Shown: one piece after another, positions 39,988 through 52,495 of the stretch | Layout of the letters: the number at the start of each line of letters is the position of its first letter | Numbering within the stretch: the stretch's first letter is position 1 | Assembly (NCBI GenBank): GCA_036785375.1 | Contig: JAWMAR010000421.1 | Location: 930,001-994,000, forward strand | Length of the DNA: 64,000 bases | Source of the DNA: Leucoraja ocellata | Lineage: Eukaryota | Direction of reading: 5' to 3' | Notes under the pieces: model-generated | What the model saw: only the letters and a program-made list of their open reading frames with translations | Database searches by the model: none | Told to the model about the DNA's origin: nothing | Made by a program: the position numbers and the translations under genes

Positions 39988-42900
39988 AGTAGTGGGATAT
40001 TGCGGATGGCACTAACAGAACATGTGCATTGACGATATAACTGCAATCATGGGTGACTTGAATCCACCCACAACTTGGGCTAACCAAATTAGTAGCAATA
40101 GTATGGAGGGGAAATTCCTGGAATCTACATGGGATGATTCTCTGCACAAATATGTCAAAGAACTAACCACAGAACAGGCAATCCTGTACTGGGAATTGTG
40201 TGATCCAAACAGATTAATTAACAGTTTTGATGCTGGAGACCCTTGACGTAGTGTGACTGCTACATGGTAGAATTCTTCATTGAGATGGAGAGAGGGGTGT
40301 GGTGGATTGAGATGACTGTCATAATTTTAAATAAAGAAAATTACACTGATATACAATACAATAAAATGTTATTCATCCCTGGAGGGAAATTGGTCTGCCA
40401 ACAGTCACAACACCACAACACACAACAAGGTACACAAAAACTTGAAATTAAAATTAAATTAAAAGTGAAATTGGAAAAGACGAGCAACTGTTGGCTGGCT
40501 GCCATGTGCACGGCACCTTAATGAACAAATGAACGCAAGCTTATCCCCTGGGCAGAGGGTTCTACAACTAGAGTGTGTCCCCCCCACTCTGGGTCCCCCT
40601 TTGTTCTCACACCGTCCCTCACGGCGATCCCCCCACTCCGGGTCCTCCATTGTTCTTCACGGTGGTCGCACACCCCCCTCCCCAATGTCTTTCTTTCCCC
40701 CCCCCCCCCCCCACCCCACCAATGCTCATCGACTGCTGATTGCGCCATCATGAGAGTCGCACTGATCGCCCCACAACGCTGCCGAGTCGTCTCCTGAAGC
40801 CTCCGTGGTGCTGACCCAGGCCCCAGCCGTCGACTCTGACCCGCGAGGCGAGGTTCCTCCTACTGTCACGCGGTAGTAGGTGAATGAGGGATAGCATTGA
40901 ATCCAATAAGATGTATTCCCTAAGAAAGCCACAGACCTGAGGCCTGGAAACAATTGAGAACTAAGCAGAGGTACACCAGGGGATTTGAAATAAAAGGAGA
41001 AACATTGGGTATACGAGTAATCTTACAGAAAAAGTCTGAAGTGTAAACTGAGGTTTTGAGTACTGGAGCATGGATGTTTTGCTGCAATTGTAAGGGTGGG
41101 GGGGGTGGGGGGGGGTTGGTGAGAACGCCTTGATAATGTGTCCCATTTGAGGAAGGATATTCTGGTAGCAGGAGTGCAGTGAAGGTTACTCGGACTGACT
41201 CGTAGGATGTCGGTGTGTGTTACTGAGGAGAGATTGGAAAGGTTGGGAATTTCCACTGGAGATCAGAAGAATGACAGAGGATCGCATTGAATCTTGTAAA
41301 GTTGCGATGGGAATCAACAGTGGATGTTCCTGTTAATGAGGATTTTGGAACCAGGGGTCATGGGTCAAGGATGTGGGACAAGTTGTTTGAGGCGGAGGAG
41401 GGAGAATGTCTTCAAGTCAGGAATTCTCTGTAGATGGGTGAATTCGCTATCAGACAGTTGAGGTTAGATTGTTAAATTTAATGTGGGGTTGCTATCAGAA
41501 AGGAGATCCAGTGCACAAATGTATATGCTCGGCCATCATGTTGAATGGTAGAACAGGTTTAAGGGCCAAATAGCCCAGTGCTCCCTTTCAATTTTCTAAT
41601 TTTCTACGTTTTCTTATCTATATACAACGGGACTTCTGGAAAACTAATGGTGTGAGAATGAGCCTGTTATTGGGGCATAATTAGTGCAGCGATGACCTAT
41701 GAATCGCCCTGTCACAAGGGAGTTTGCACTGTTCTACTATTAGCTCATCCTTGATTTTGTGAAATTCATGTGTTGTTAATTGTGTGTTAAACTTCCACTA
41801 AAATCATGTAATTAATAGCAGTCTACTCTTGCCAGCAAATTAACAATTAAATCCTTCAGATAGATAATTCAGATTTTAATACTACAAATATTTTATTTTT
41901 CCTCTGTGCAGTATTTCTTTCTGAACTTGGCTCATTTCTTTTAATTTCTTTATCAATCCTATACTCTCACTCGTTCACTGGATACCTTTGCCTCGTCAGT
42001 TACCTGAGATTTCTGTTGTCCTTGCCCCATCATTCCTTGAAGTTGGAACGGAGGGTGAAAATGATGGGACAGATCCACCAGTAAATTCCAACCCAATCAA
42101 ATTCTGATGACGTGTCCTCCAAGCTGCTCTTGGTCTGAAAGGGTTTGGTTATGTTATTGGGTGGTGGCAATGCAGAGTCCCAAATTTTCACGAGTCTCTT
42201 CATGACAACAGAACAAACTTTGTTTGAAGCTATCTTCCAATAAACCGCAAGCGATGACTGGGTCGTGTTGTACAATAAGCAATTTACAAATCCCGTTGAC
42301 CTTTTTGTGATTGTGTTCTATGGCTGGCAACTGTTGATTTCCATGCACTGAAGTTACGGAACTCAACTCTCCAGTTATCGGATATCTAGAACGTCCTTTG
42401 TGGAATGTGGAGCTGTATCCAAGGTCATCACTCAGCAGTGTTGTTGATTTTGCATATAGATGAAGCCACATTCATAAATTAAAGTGGAAATTAAAAAGCT
42501 TTTTCAAAGATTGAGTTAATCCAAAGTTGTATCCACCAATGTTTGTGGAGGGCAGAATGATCCACTGTCTAATCTGAGTTGCTGCATTAACTGGCAAAAG
42601 ACGGTGTAGTCTGTAACCATGATCTCTGAGCCTGGAGATAATCGGGGAGCTTGGGATTGATTTGCTTGTTTTGATCATGTGTTTGGTGTAGGCTTTATTT
42701 CAATTGTCATTAGTGTTGAAATTGATGCGGCAAAGATAGTAGGATCAAAGATTTTCTTCCAACCATATGGGAGCTGCTGGTAATGGGGGTGGGGGGGGGG
42801 TCCAGGTGTATGTTGCCGCATTTTGCTGGATATGAAGTAGTCACTGAGTTAAGATCAATTGGGCTTCTTGTTACTGCCTAGAGGGCAAGACTAACAACGC

Positions 42901-44070
42901 TAACAAGATTAACATTCCAGGGTCTGGAATCTGCTGGTGTGGCCTAGGGATGCAAAAGAGGAGGTGACAATGCAATGTCGATTGTCCATGATTGTGGTAA
43001 TGAGGAAATTCAAAAAGGGATGCTCACCTTCATTATCTCATCACAGTGAGAGTGTGAGAGAAATTCTGGATATGAAAATTCAGAGATATGACTAGTAAGT
43101 TTGCAGGTCTTGTTGATTGTAAGGAAAATAGTTGTACGATGATACCGGATGGTATTGATCAATTACTAACATAAGCAGAACAGATTGTGTTGAAACTTTA
43201 ATTGTGATACTCATTTGGAGGACTGATAAGGATGGGACATACACTAGGGTGCTTGAGAATGTGAGGTAAAGAGGGTCTTTAAAGAGGGTGTACAGGTTCA
43301 AGCTACAAATTGTTGTCGTGTATAACATGTCACAGTGAAAATGCATTTGTGTACTATCCAGGTAAATCGTACCATACACGAGTACAACACAAGTACAACA
43401 AAGTGCAGAGAGAAAAATAACCAGAATGCAGATAGTGTTACAGTTAAAGAAAGTGCAGACAGCAACAAATTAAAGGGCTGAGATAGGTTGCGAGATTGGG
43501 ACTACACCCATGGCGTATGAGGCCCATTCAATAGTCTGAAATCAGAAGACAAAGCGGTTCCTGAGTCTGATTGTATGTGCTTTCAGGGTGTATCTTCTGC
43601 CTGACGATGATGCAGTGACTGAAGTATGGGTGGTCCATGGTTAGGTTGGCTGCTTTCCTGAGGCAATATGAAGTGTAGACGGAGTCTGAGGGTGGAGAGG
43701 GGGAAAGAAAGCTGGTTGTGATGCATGCAAATAGGATGCTTTTTATGGTGCATCTGTAGTAATCGGTAATGCGTCATTACAGCAGCTCTTCAGGGCTGAA
43801 TAGTTGATTTTGAATTTGCCCCACACTATGACTATTGGCACTTAATGACAATTCTTTTGGAGTTTGTATTGACTGTAGAGATATTGCACTCCAACAGACT
43901 GGCGAAACCTACCTTTTTGCTCCTGGCACGACCAGTCTTGGCCTCTTGGTCCTGCTATTGAATTGTGGTTCAATGTTGCTTTCTTACCCCTGGCGAACAA
44001 AGCCAAAGCTACTGCATTGGCTAGTAAAATAGGAGACGGGAAGTGAGAAAATAAACAAGGTTTAAAGTCC
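38221..44070. repeat. Copy 1 of a near-identical 5.85-kb direct duplication
   Basis: Same sequence and ORF list as 44271-50121. Confidence 0.97.
39489..39876 (+). mobile_element. Penelope-like 3' fragment with TSD (duplicate at 45539-45926)
   Basis: GIY-YIG tail (KLEEQHLLFSLG) plus pLTR. 11-bp direct repeat ccaatgatgtg at 39478-39488 and 39877-39887. Confidence 0.8.
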
Positions 44071-44270
44071 NNNNNNNNNNNNNNNNNNNNNNNNNNNNNN
44101 NNNNNNNNNNNNNNNNNNNNNNNNNNNNNNNNNNNNNNNNNNNNNNNNNNNNNNNNNNNNNNNNNNNNNNNNNNNNNNNNNNNNNNNNNNNNNNNNNNNN
44201 NNNNNNNNNNNNNNNNNNNNNNNNNNNNNNNNNNNNNNNNNNNNNNNNNNNNNNNNNNNNNNNNNNNNNN
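44071..44270. other. Assembly gap (200 N)
   Basis: Run of exactly 200 n. Confidence 1.
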
Positions 44271-46003
44271 CTAAAATAAAGATTGTCTTAAAATGCAAGA
44301 TGCAGACCTGATAAACAATGTGTGTGCTAATAGTTATATTGTGCAAAATAAAGGTAATTGCGGTTTTTATTTGTGACACTAGCTTCCTCTCGTGTGGGGG
44401 ACAGTGGTGGTTTTTTTTGGGTAATTTGTCTTCCTGAGGGAGGCTTCTGTGGCTTGTCTCTGCACGTCCAGAGTGCGGTCACTCAAAGACGTCAGGGCAT
44501 GCAGCTTGGAACAACTTCCTGTCATTTACAGCTGTAACTTGATGAACAACAAGAATTCCCACTGCCATCAGCCTCTGAGATGGGGAGGAAATCTTGCAAG
44601 AGATATTTTGAAATCTCACTGTTTTGTGTGCAATATTTTGGGTGGTGATTGTGAATAGTTCAGATAACCAGTGCTTGCACTACCCACCCAGTAAGAAATA
44701 TCTCTCGGTAGATAAAAATATCTTTTCCTCTGCCTTAATATAACAACTCGTACAGACTTTCACATTAGTCCACTTTGGACAGCAGACTTCTCTGGTGGAT
44801 TCATCATACTTGATTTGACTTGTATCATGCAGAAAGATCTTGATGCCTTTGGAGAGCCTCATTTTATTGTCTCGATCAGAACCCTGTACAAGTGGTGAAA
44901 TAGCCACTAACCCAGGGTTTAACCTCTCATCCAGCTAAACAAGTACCAAGGCAGAACGGTGGCAGAATTTCAGAAGTGATGAACTGGCTGTGTAATTATT
45001 TCTGTGCTGGACAAACCTTAATGTGGTTGTCAAATGAGCTGCCATTACAGTCTAGCAAGTGCAGAGTTTGGGAGAAAAAAATCCAAGTTGCTGGTGGAAG
45101 TCAGTCGGTCAAATATCATTTATGGTGGCAAAGAGATAGTTGTCATTGCCTGCACAGATACGACCTGACCTGCTGAGTTCCTCTTGCTGTTTAAAAATAA
45201 AAAAAGTTTGCTCTAGATCTTGGCATCTGTTGTGTTTTGTCTCCAGTTTGAATTCAGTGTAAGTTTCCGTATTATTATTGTGTGATTGCATGGGACAGGA
45301 CAGCCGAGCTGTTTTTTTACAAGCGTACCTTTGTGGACACTTTAATAGCAGTTCAGTCAGAATGAGGTGCTGCATTTTTCCAAAGGAGAAAAGGCATCTT
45401 AATATTTGGGCATTATTGGGATTGTGGACACTGAGAATTGACATGAGTATGGAGTATTAGTTTGGCTATGAAAAGGATGTGGAATGGTGTCATTGATTAT
45501 AAAGGGAAGTGAGAAAGGATATTGATTCCAATGATGTGGCCCAGTGCAAATTGGAGGAACAGCACCTCCTATTTAGTTTGGGCAGCTTACACCTCAGTGG
45601 TATGAATATTAACTTCTCTAACTTCAAGTAACCCCTGCTTTCCCCCCTCACTCCAGGCCTCCCTTTCCCAGTTCTATGGCCAGTCTGACTGTCCCTGATT
45701 ACATTTTATCCGTTTGCTTGTTGTTACCTAACAAACTAACAATGATCTATTCTACATTTTCCTTTATCTCCACTCCTTTGATGTCTCGTTCATACACCTT
45801 GCACTTCCTTATCTCTGTATCTCCCCTGACTCTTGATCTGAAGAAGGGTCTCAACCCGAAACATCACCCTTTCCTTTGCCCCAGAGATGCTACCTGTCCC
45901 GCTGAGTTACTCCAACATTTTGTCTACCAATGATGTGAAATCTTTAGGGGTAGGGCTAAGAAGTATTATGGGACAAAAATAGACTGTCTACAGAATCACC
46001 ACC

Positions 46004-46038
<35 letters not shown>

Positions 46039-49000
46039 AGTAGTGGGATATTGCGGATGGCACTAACAGAACATGTGCATTGACGATATAACTGCAATCA
46101 TGGGTGACTTGAATCCACCCACAACTTGGGCTAACCAAATTAGTAGCAATAGTATGGAGGGGAAATTCCTGGAATCTACATGGGATGATTCTCTGCACAA
46201 ATATGTCAAAGAACTAACCACAGAACAGGCAATCCTGTACTGGGAATTGTGTGATCCAAACAGATTAATTAACAGTTTTGATGCTGGAGACCCTTGACGT
46301 AGTGTGACTGCTACATGGTAGAATTCTTCATTGAGATGGAGAGAGGGGTGTGGTGGATTGAGATGACTGTCATAATTTTAAATAAAGAAAATTACACTGA
46401 TATACAATACAATAAAATGTTATTCATCCCTGGAGGGAAATTGGTCTGCCAACAGTCACAACACCACAACACACAACAAGGTACACAAAAACTTGAAATT
46501 AAAATTAAATTAAAAGTGAAATTGGAAAAGACGAGCAACTGTTGGCTGGCTGCCATGTGCACGGCACCTTAATGAACAAATGAACGCAAGCTTATCCCCT
46601 GGGCAGAGGGTTCTACAACTAGAGTGTGTCCCCCCCACTCTGGGTCCCCCTTTGTTCTCACACCGTCCCTCACGGCGATCCCCCCACTCCGGGTCCTCCA
46701 TTGTTCTTCACGGTGGTCGCACACCCCCCTCCCCAATGTCTTTCTTTCCCCCCCCCCCCCCCCACCCCACCAATGCTCATCGACTGCTGATTGCGCCATC
46801 ATGAGAGTCGCACTGATCGCCCCACAACGCTGCCGAGTCGTCTCCTGAAGCCTCCGTGGTGCTGACCCAGGCCCCAGCCGTCGACTCTGACCCGCGAGGC
46901 GAGGTTCCTCCTACTGTCACGCGGTAGTAGGTGAATGAGGGATAGCATTGAATCCAATAAGATGTATTCCCTAAGAAAGCCACAGACCTGAGGCCTGGAA
47001 ACAATTGAGAACTAAGCAGAGGTACACCAGGGGATTTGAAATAAAAGGAGAAACATTGGGTATACGAGTAATCTTACAGAAAAAGTCTGAAGTGTAAACT
47101 GAGGTTTTGAGTACTGGAGCATGGATGTTTTGCTGCAATTGTAAGGGTGGGGGGGGTGGGGGGGGGTTGGTGAGAACGCCTTGATAATGTGTCCCATTTG
47201 AGGAAGGATATTCTGGTAGCAGGAGTGCAGTGAAGGTTACTCGGACTGACTCGTAGGATGTCGGTGTGTGTTACTGAGGAGAGATTGGAAAGGTTGGGAA
47301 TTTCCACTGGAGATCAGAAGAATGACAGAGGATCGCATTGAATCTTGTAAAGTTGCGATGGGAATCAACAGTGGATGTTCCTGTTAATGAGGATTTTGGA
47401 ACCAGGGGTCATGGGTCAAGGATGTGGGACAAGTTGTTTGAGGCGGAGGAGGGAGAATGTCTTCAAGTCAGGAATTCTCTGTAGATGGGTGAATTCGCTA
47501 TCAGACAGTTGAGGTTAGATTGTTAAATTTAATGTGGGGTTGCTATCAGAAAGGAGATCCAGTGCACAAATGTATATGCTCGGCCATCATGTTGAATGGT
47601 AGAACAGGTTTAAGGGCCAAATAGCCCAGTGCTCCCTTTCAATTTTCTAATTTTCTACGTTTTCTTATCTATATACAACGGGACTTCTGGAAAACTAATG
47701 GTGTGAGAATGAGCCTGTTATTGGGGCATAATTAGTGCAGCGATGACCTATGAATCGCCCTGTCACAAGGGAGTTTGCACTGTTCTACTATTAGCTCATC
47801 CTTGATTTTGTGAAATTCATGTGTTGTTAATTGTGTGTTAAACTTCCACTAAAATCATGTAATTAATAGCAGTCTACTCTTGCCAGCAAATTAACAATTA
47901 AATCCTTCAGATAGATAATTCAGATTTTAATACTACAAATATTTTATTTTTCCTCTGTGCAGTATTTCTTTCTGAACTTGGCTCATTTCTTTTAATTTCT
48001 TTATCAATCCTATACTCTCACTCGTTCACTGGATACCTTTGCCTCGTCAGTTACCTGAGATTTCTGTTGTCCTTGCCCCATCATTCCTTGAAGTTGGAAC
48101 GGAGGGTGAAAATGATGGGACAGATCCACCAGTAAATTCCAACCCAATCAAATTCTGATGACGTGTCCTCCAAGCTGCTCTTGGTCTGAAAGGGTTTGGT
48201 TATGTTATTGGGTGGTGGCAATGCAGAGTCCCAAATTTTCACGAGTCTCTTCATGACAACAGAACAAACTTTGTTTGAAGCTATCTTCCAATAAACCGCA
48301 AGCGATGACTGGGTCGTGTTGTACAATAAGCAATTTACAAATCCCGTTGACCTTTTTGTGATTGTGTTCTATGGCTGGCAACTGTTGATTTCCATGCACT
48401 GAAGTTACGGAACTCAACTCTCCAGTTATCGGATATCTAGAACGTCCTTTGTGGAATGTGGAGCTGTATCCAAGGTCATCACTCAGCAGTGTTGTTGATT
48501 TTGCATATAGATGAAGCCACATTCATAAATTAAAGTGGAAATTAAAAAGCTTTTTCAAAGATTGAGTTAATCCAAAGTTGTATCCACCAATGTTTGTGGA
48601 GGGCAGAATGATCCACTGTCTAATCTGAGTTGCTGCATTAACTGGCAAAAGACGGTGTAGTCTGTAACCATGATCTCTGAGCCTGGAGATAATCGGGGAG
48701 CTTGGGATTGATTTGCTTGTTTTGATCATGTGTTTGGTGTAGGCTTTATTTCAATTGTCATTAGTGTTGAAATTGATGCGGCAAAGATAGTAGGATCAAA
48801 GATTTTCTTCCAACCATATGGGAGCTGCTGGTAATGGGGGTGGGGGGGGGGTCCAGGTGTATGTTGCCGCATTTTGCTGGATATGAAGTAGTCACTGAGT
48901 TAAGATCAATTGGGCTTCTTGTTACTGCCTAGAGGGCAAGACTAACAACGCTAACAAGATTAACATTCCAGGGTCTGGAATCTGCTGGTGTGGCCTAGGG

Positions 49001-50121
49001 ATGCAAAAGAGGAGGTGACAATGCAATGTCGATTGTCCATGATTGTGGTAATGAGGAAATTCAAAAAGGGATGCTCACCTTCATTATCTCATCACAGTGA
49101 GAGTGTGAGAGAAATTCTGGATATGAAAATTCAGAGATATGACTAGTAAGTTTGCAGGTCTTGTTGATTGTAAGGAAAATAGTTGTACGATGATACCGGA
49201 TGGTATTGATCAATTACTAACATAAGCAGAACAGATTGTGTTGAAACTTTAATTGTGATACTCATTTGGAGGACTGATAAGGATGGGACATACACTAGGG
49301 TGCTTGAGAATGTGAGGTAAAGAGGGTCTTTAAAGAGGGTGTACAGGTTCAAGCTACAAATTGTTGTCGTGTATAACATGTCACAGTGAAAATGCATTTG
49401 TGTACTATCCAGGTAAATCGTACCATACACGAGTACAACACAAGTACAACAAAGTGCAGAGAGAAAAATAACCAGAATGCAGATAGTGTTACAGTTAAAG
49501 AAAGTGCAGACAGCAACAAATTAAAGGGCTGAGATAGGTTGCGAGATTGGGACTACACCCATGGCGTATGAGGCCCATTCAATAGTCTGAAATCAGAAGA
49601 CAAAGCGGTTCCTGAGTCTGATTGTATGTGCTTTCAGGGTGTATCTTCTGCCTGACGATGATGCAGTGACTGAAGTATGGGTGGTCCATGGTTAGGTTGG
49701 CTGCTTTCCTGAGGCAATATGAAGTGTAGACGGAGTCTGAGGGTGGAGAGGGGGAAAGAAAGCTGGTTGTGATGCATGCAAATAGGATGCTTTTTATGGT
49801 GCATCTGTAGTAATCGGTAATGCGTCATTACAGCAGCTCTTCAGGGCTGAATAGTTGATTTTGAATTTGCCCCACACTATGACTATTGGCACTTAATGAC
49901 AATTCTTTTGGAGTTTGTATTGACTGTAGAGATATTGCACTCCAACAGACTGGCGAAACCTACCTTTTTGCTCCTGGCACGACCAGTCTTGGCCTCTTGG
50001 TCCTGCTATTGAATTGTGGTTCAATGTTGCTTTCTTACCCCTGGCGAACAAAGCCAAAGCTACTGCATTGGCTAGTAAAATAGGAGACGGGAAGTGAGAA
50101 AATAAACAAGGTTTAAAGTCC
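44271..50121. repeat. Copy 2 of the 5.85-kb duplication
   Basis: Starts ctaaaataaagattgtc and ends tttaaagtcc, like copy 1. One base longer, in the poly-C run near 46005-46035. Confidence 0.97.
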
Positions 50122-50510
50122 ACTTCCTTTAGTTGAATTGTGGAAAATTCTTAGTTTGTGTGACTTTTTCTTTATTTAAAGATATACTGTTGGATCTTAT
50201 GAATTTAGTTTTTTCACAAAATGAAACACAAATAAGATTGTTTTCAGTTAATGTAAAAACCTGTTTTTTGGTTAGGCTGTTTTAGCCTAACTTTTCACGA
50301 CGTTATTTGAAATGATTCAAACTGTCTCTCCTGGGGAACATTCAACTCCTGCTTACTGGCTAAAGGCAGATTATGATGCACCTGGCAGAGACCACTTTAG
50401 ATTAATTTTAACAATGTAAACTAATGGCTGTTATTTCATAGTTGATTTGTGATTACCCATGTACTGAAAACATTGTAACCTACTAAGAACAAGGTTTGGG
50501 CTTATTGCTT

Positions 50511-50680
50511 TTAAGAGGGAACTGCAGATGCTGGAGAATCGAAGGTTACACAGAAAAGCTGGAGAAACTCAGCGGGTGCAGCAGCATCTATTCACAGAAA
50601 AGCTGGAGAAACTCAGTGGGTGCAGCAGCATCTATGATGCTGCTGCACCCGCTGAGTTTCTCCAGCTTTTCTGTGTAACC
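50511..50680. mobile_element. Fold-back Penelope-derived insertion with an internal tandem duplication
   Basis: Two direct copies of cacagaaaagctggagaaactcagYgggtgcagcagcatcta, then one inverted copy. 15-bp TSD ttgggcttattgctt at 50496-50510 and 50681-50695. Confidence 0.8.
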
Positions 50681-50937
50681 TTGGGCTTATTGCTTGTTTG
50701 TTTCTGACATGACAATCTCAGATTGGCATCAAACTTGGGCGAAGGGAGGTGAGTAAATAACGAAAAAGGGCTTGTCCATTTTTATTCTAGGGACACTCCT
50801 ATATTGTCACCAAGATTTTTGTCAATGCTAAATTAATACATTTGGTAAAATGAGCAAAAATGATCCCTGAATTCGAGAGCTTGATTTTTTTTTTTCAGTT
50901 TGAGGATTGTCGTACTAATTCTTTAATTTCCCTTTAG

Positions 50938-51076
50938 AAATTTATCGTATTGTGTCTCAAAGCAAATATCGGACAAGCGTGAAAATGACATGTCACCAAG
51001 TAATAATGTGGTCCCCATTCACATGCCTCCAACTACTGAAAACAAACCAAAGATGCAGTGCTGTCAAAACATCTGA
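50938..51076 (+). CDS. RAB11A: RAB11A exon 5 coding part (contains a 1-nt frameshift as assembled)
   Basis: ctttag|AA ATT TAT CGT = (E)IYRIVSQ, then in a shifted frame [37 protein letters not shown]. This C-terminus is RAB11A-type rather than RAB11B-type. Confidence 0.93.
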
Positions 51077-51640
51077 ACTGACTTCCTTCACCATTCCCTG
51101 GGCCTCGGTATATTGTATGTACGTCATGCTTGCCGTTTGTTTTTTGTAATTCAAACCTTGCTGATTAATGTGACAATTATCTTAAACATGTTGCACTGTC
51201 TTTCTAAGCAAATTACTGCATTAAATTAATTTCAGCTTTGGAACATTTTTATAATATTCACAAGTAGTGTAAAAATAAGTTTATCATGTAAAGTGATGGT
51301 TTTTCTAAGTGGTGTTTAGCAAAAGGGCAAATTGAATAAAACACCCATATAGCCTTACTATCGTAGGTGGTTTACAAGATTCACGTGCTGTTTAAGAATA
51401 GGAATGTTCATGAAGTGTTAACCACACAGACGGCGTTTCTTTTCCACTCAATCACTAATTTGTCCTTCCATTTCTTTCTGTCACGTTTCTTGGTATTAAA
51501 TGTAATTGTTGTTTTGTAAATTACTCCTGTGTATTTTATGCATGTACTATGATTGTTTTCCAAATTTTCAGTTTATAACCGTTTAAAATATATTCTGTGC
51601 ATTTAAATCTTAATTAAAATGAAATGTTGGGGAATTTGTT
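51077..51640 (+). other. RAB11A: RAB11A proximal 3' UTR with candidate poly(A) signals
   Basis: AU-rich sequence; AATAAA at 51335-51340 and ATTAAA at 51613-51618 followed by a GT/T-rich tract. Confidence 0.55.
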
Positions 51641-52261
51641 TTGTTTATTTCAAGGCAAGGTGAGGCTACCATTTGCAGGACTGGGCATTAGACGATGGTA
51701 GACAAATGACAATTCCTTGGTGTTGGAACCAATCCTGGTCTTGGGCTGAGCATGTGCTTCACAGATACATACACTCTACCACGTGTGTATTTAAATTTAA
51801 CACACGTACCCAGATTGTCCCAGATCTCCGGAGGGAGGGGGGGGGGGGGGGGATTATCCCATTATGTATGGGACATTGTTGGTGGTATCAATTCTGTCTG
51901 TCTCCAGAAGGATAATGATTAAATACGTCTATCACAGAATCCATACATCTAAAGCTGCTTTGCCTAATCCACACACTTGTTTCTGTTCTTCAGGAGTTCC
52001 AGAAGCATTGATGTTCAGTGCTTGTGGAGCTGTTGTAAAAATGTGTGGCAAACTTGTCTGCCAGCTAAATGGAGTTATTTGGATTAGTTCTATTTCCCAA
52101 CCTTGGTGCTTAGCTGAGGGTTGCAGCTCTTCGGGAGCTCATCAGGCACGTTTTAAATGCAGTGAAAGTTTTTGCCTGTGAATTCCATACCCCACATCTG
52201 GGTAAAAGGTTTGCTCCTCCACTCTAACCCTGTCAATCTTCACTTTCTTTAAAACCCCATG

Positions 52262-52495
52262 AGGTTCAATCCTGACCTTGAAGTTTGCTCGTTCTCCCTG
52301 TGTCCGCATGGATTTCCTCCATGTGTTTTGCTTTCTTCCATATCCCAAGATGTGGGTTTGTAGGTTAATTGGCCTTTGTAAATTACCCCTCGTGTGTAGG
52401 GAGTGGATGAGAAAGTGGGATGACATAGAACTCACGTGAGCAGGTGATCCATAGTCGGCTTGCTCTCGATGGACCATGCAGTATCGCTAAACTAT
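52262..52495 (+). mobile_element. V-SINE/HE1-like SINE fragment
   Basis: Same family as 21440-21765, in the opposite orientation (ggttcaatcctgacc...gtttgtaggttaattggcc...ccctcgtgtgtagggagtggatgagaaagtgggatgacatagaact). Confidence 0.7.

Noticed and set aside
44449-50083. Duplicated set of short ORFs suggesting a tandem gene cluster
   Set aside because: These are non-coding intronic ORFs repeated only because of the gap-flanking duplication.
50881-50905. Strong-looking alternative acceptor (T-run + cag at 50898) that might rescue the frameshift
   Set aside because: It is 39 nt upstream, so in the same frame, and gives G|TT TGA, an immediate stop.
50952-51149. 65-aa ORF as a novel RAB11A C-terminus
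   Set aside because: It is the read-through product of the 1-nt frameshift; the conserved C-terminus lies in the neighbouring frame.
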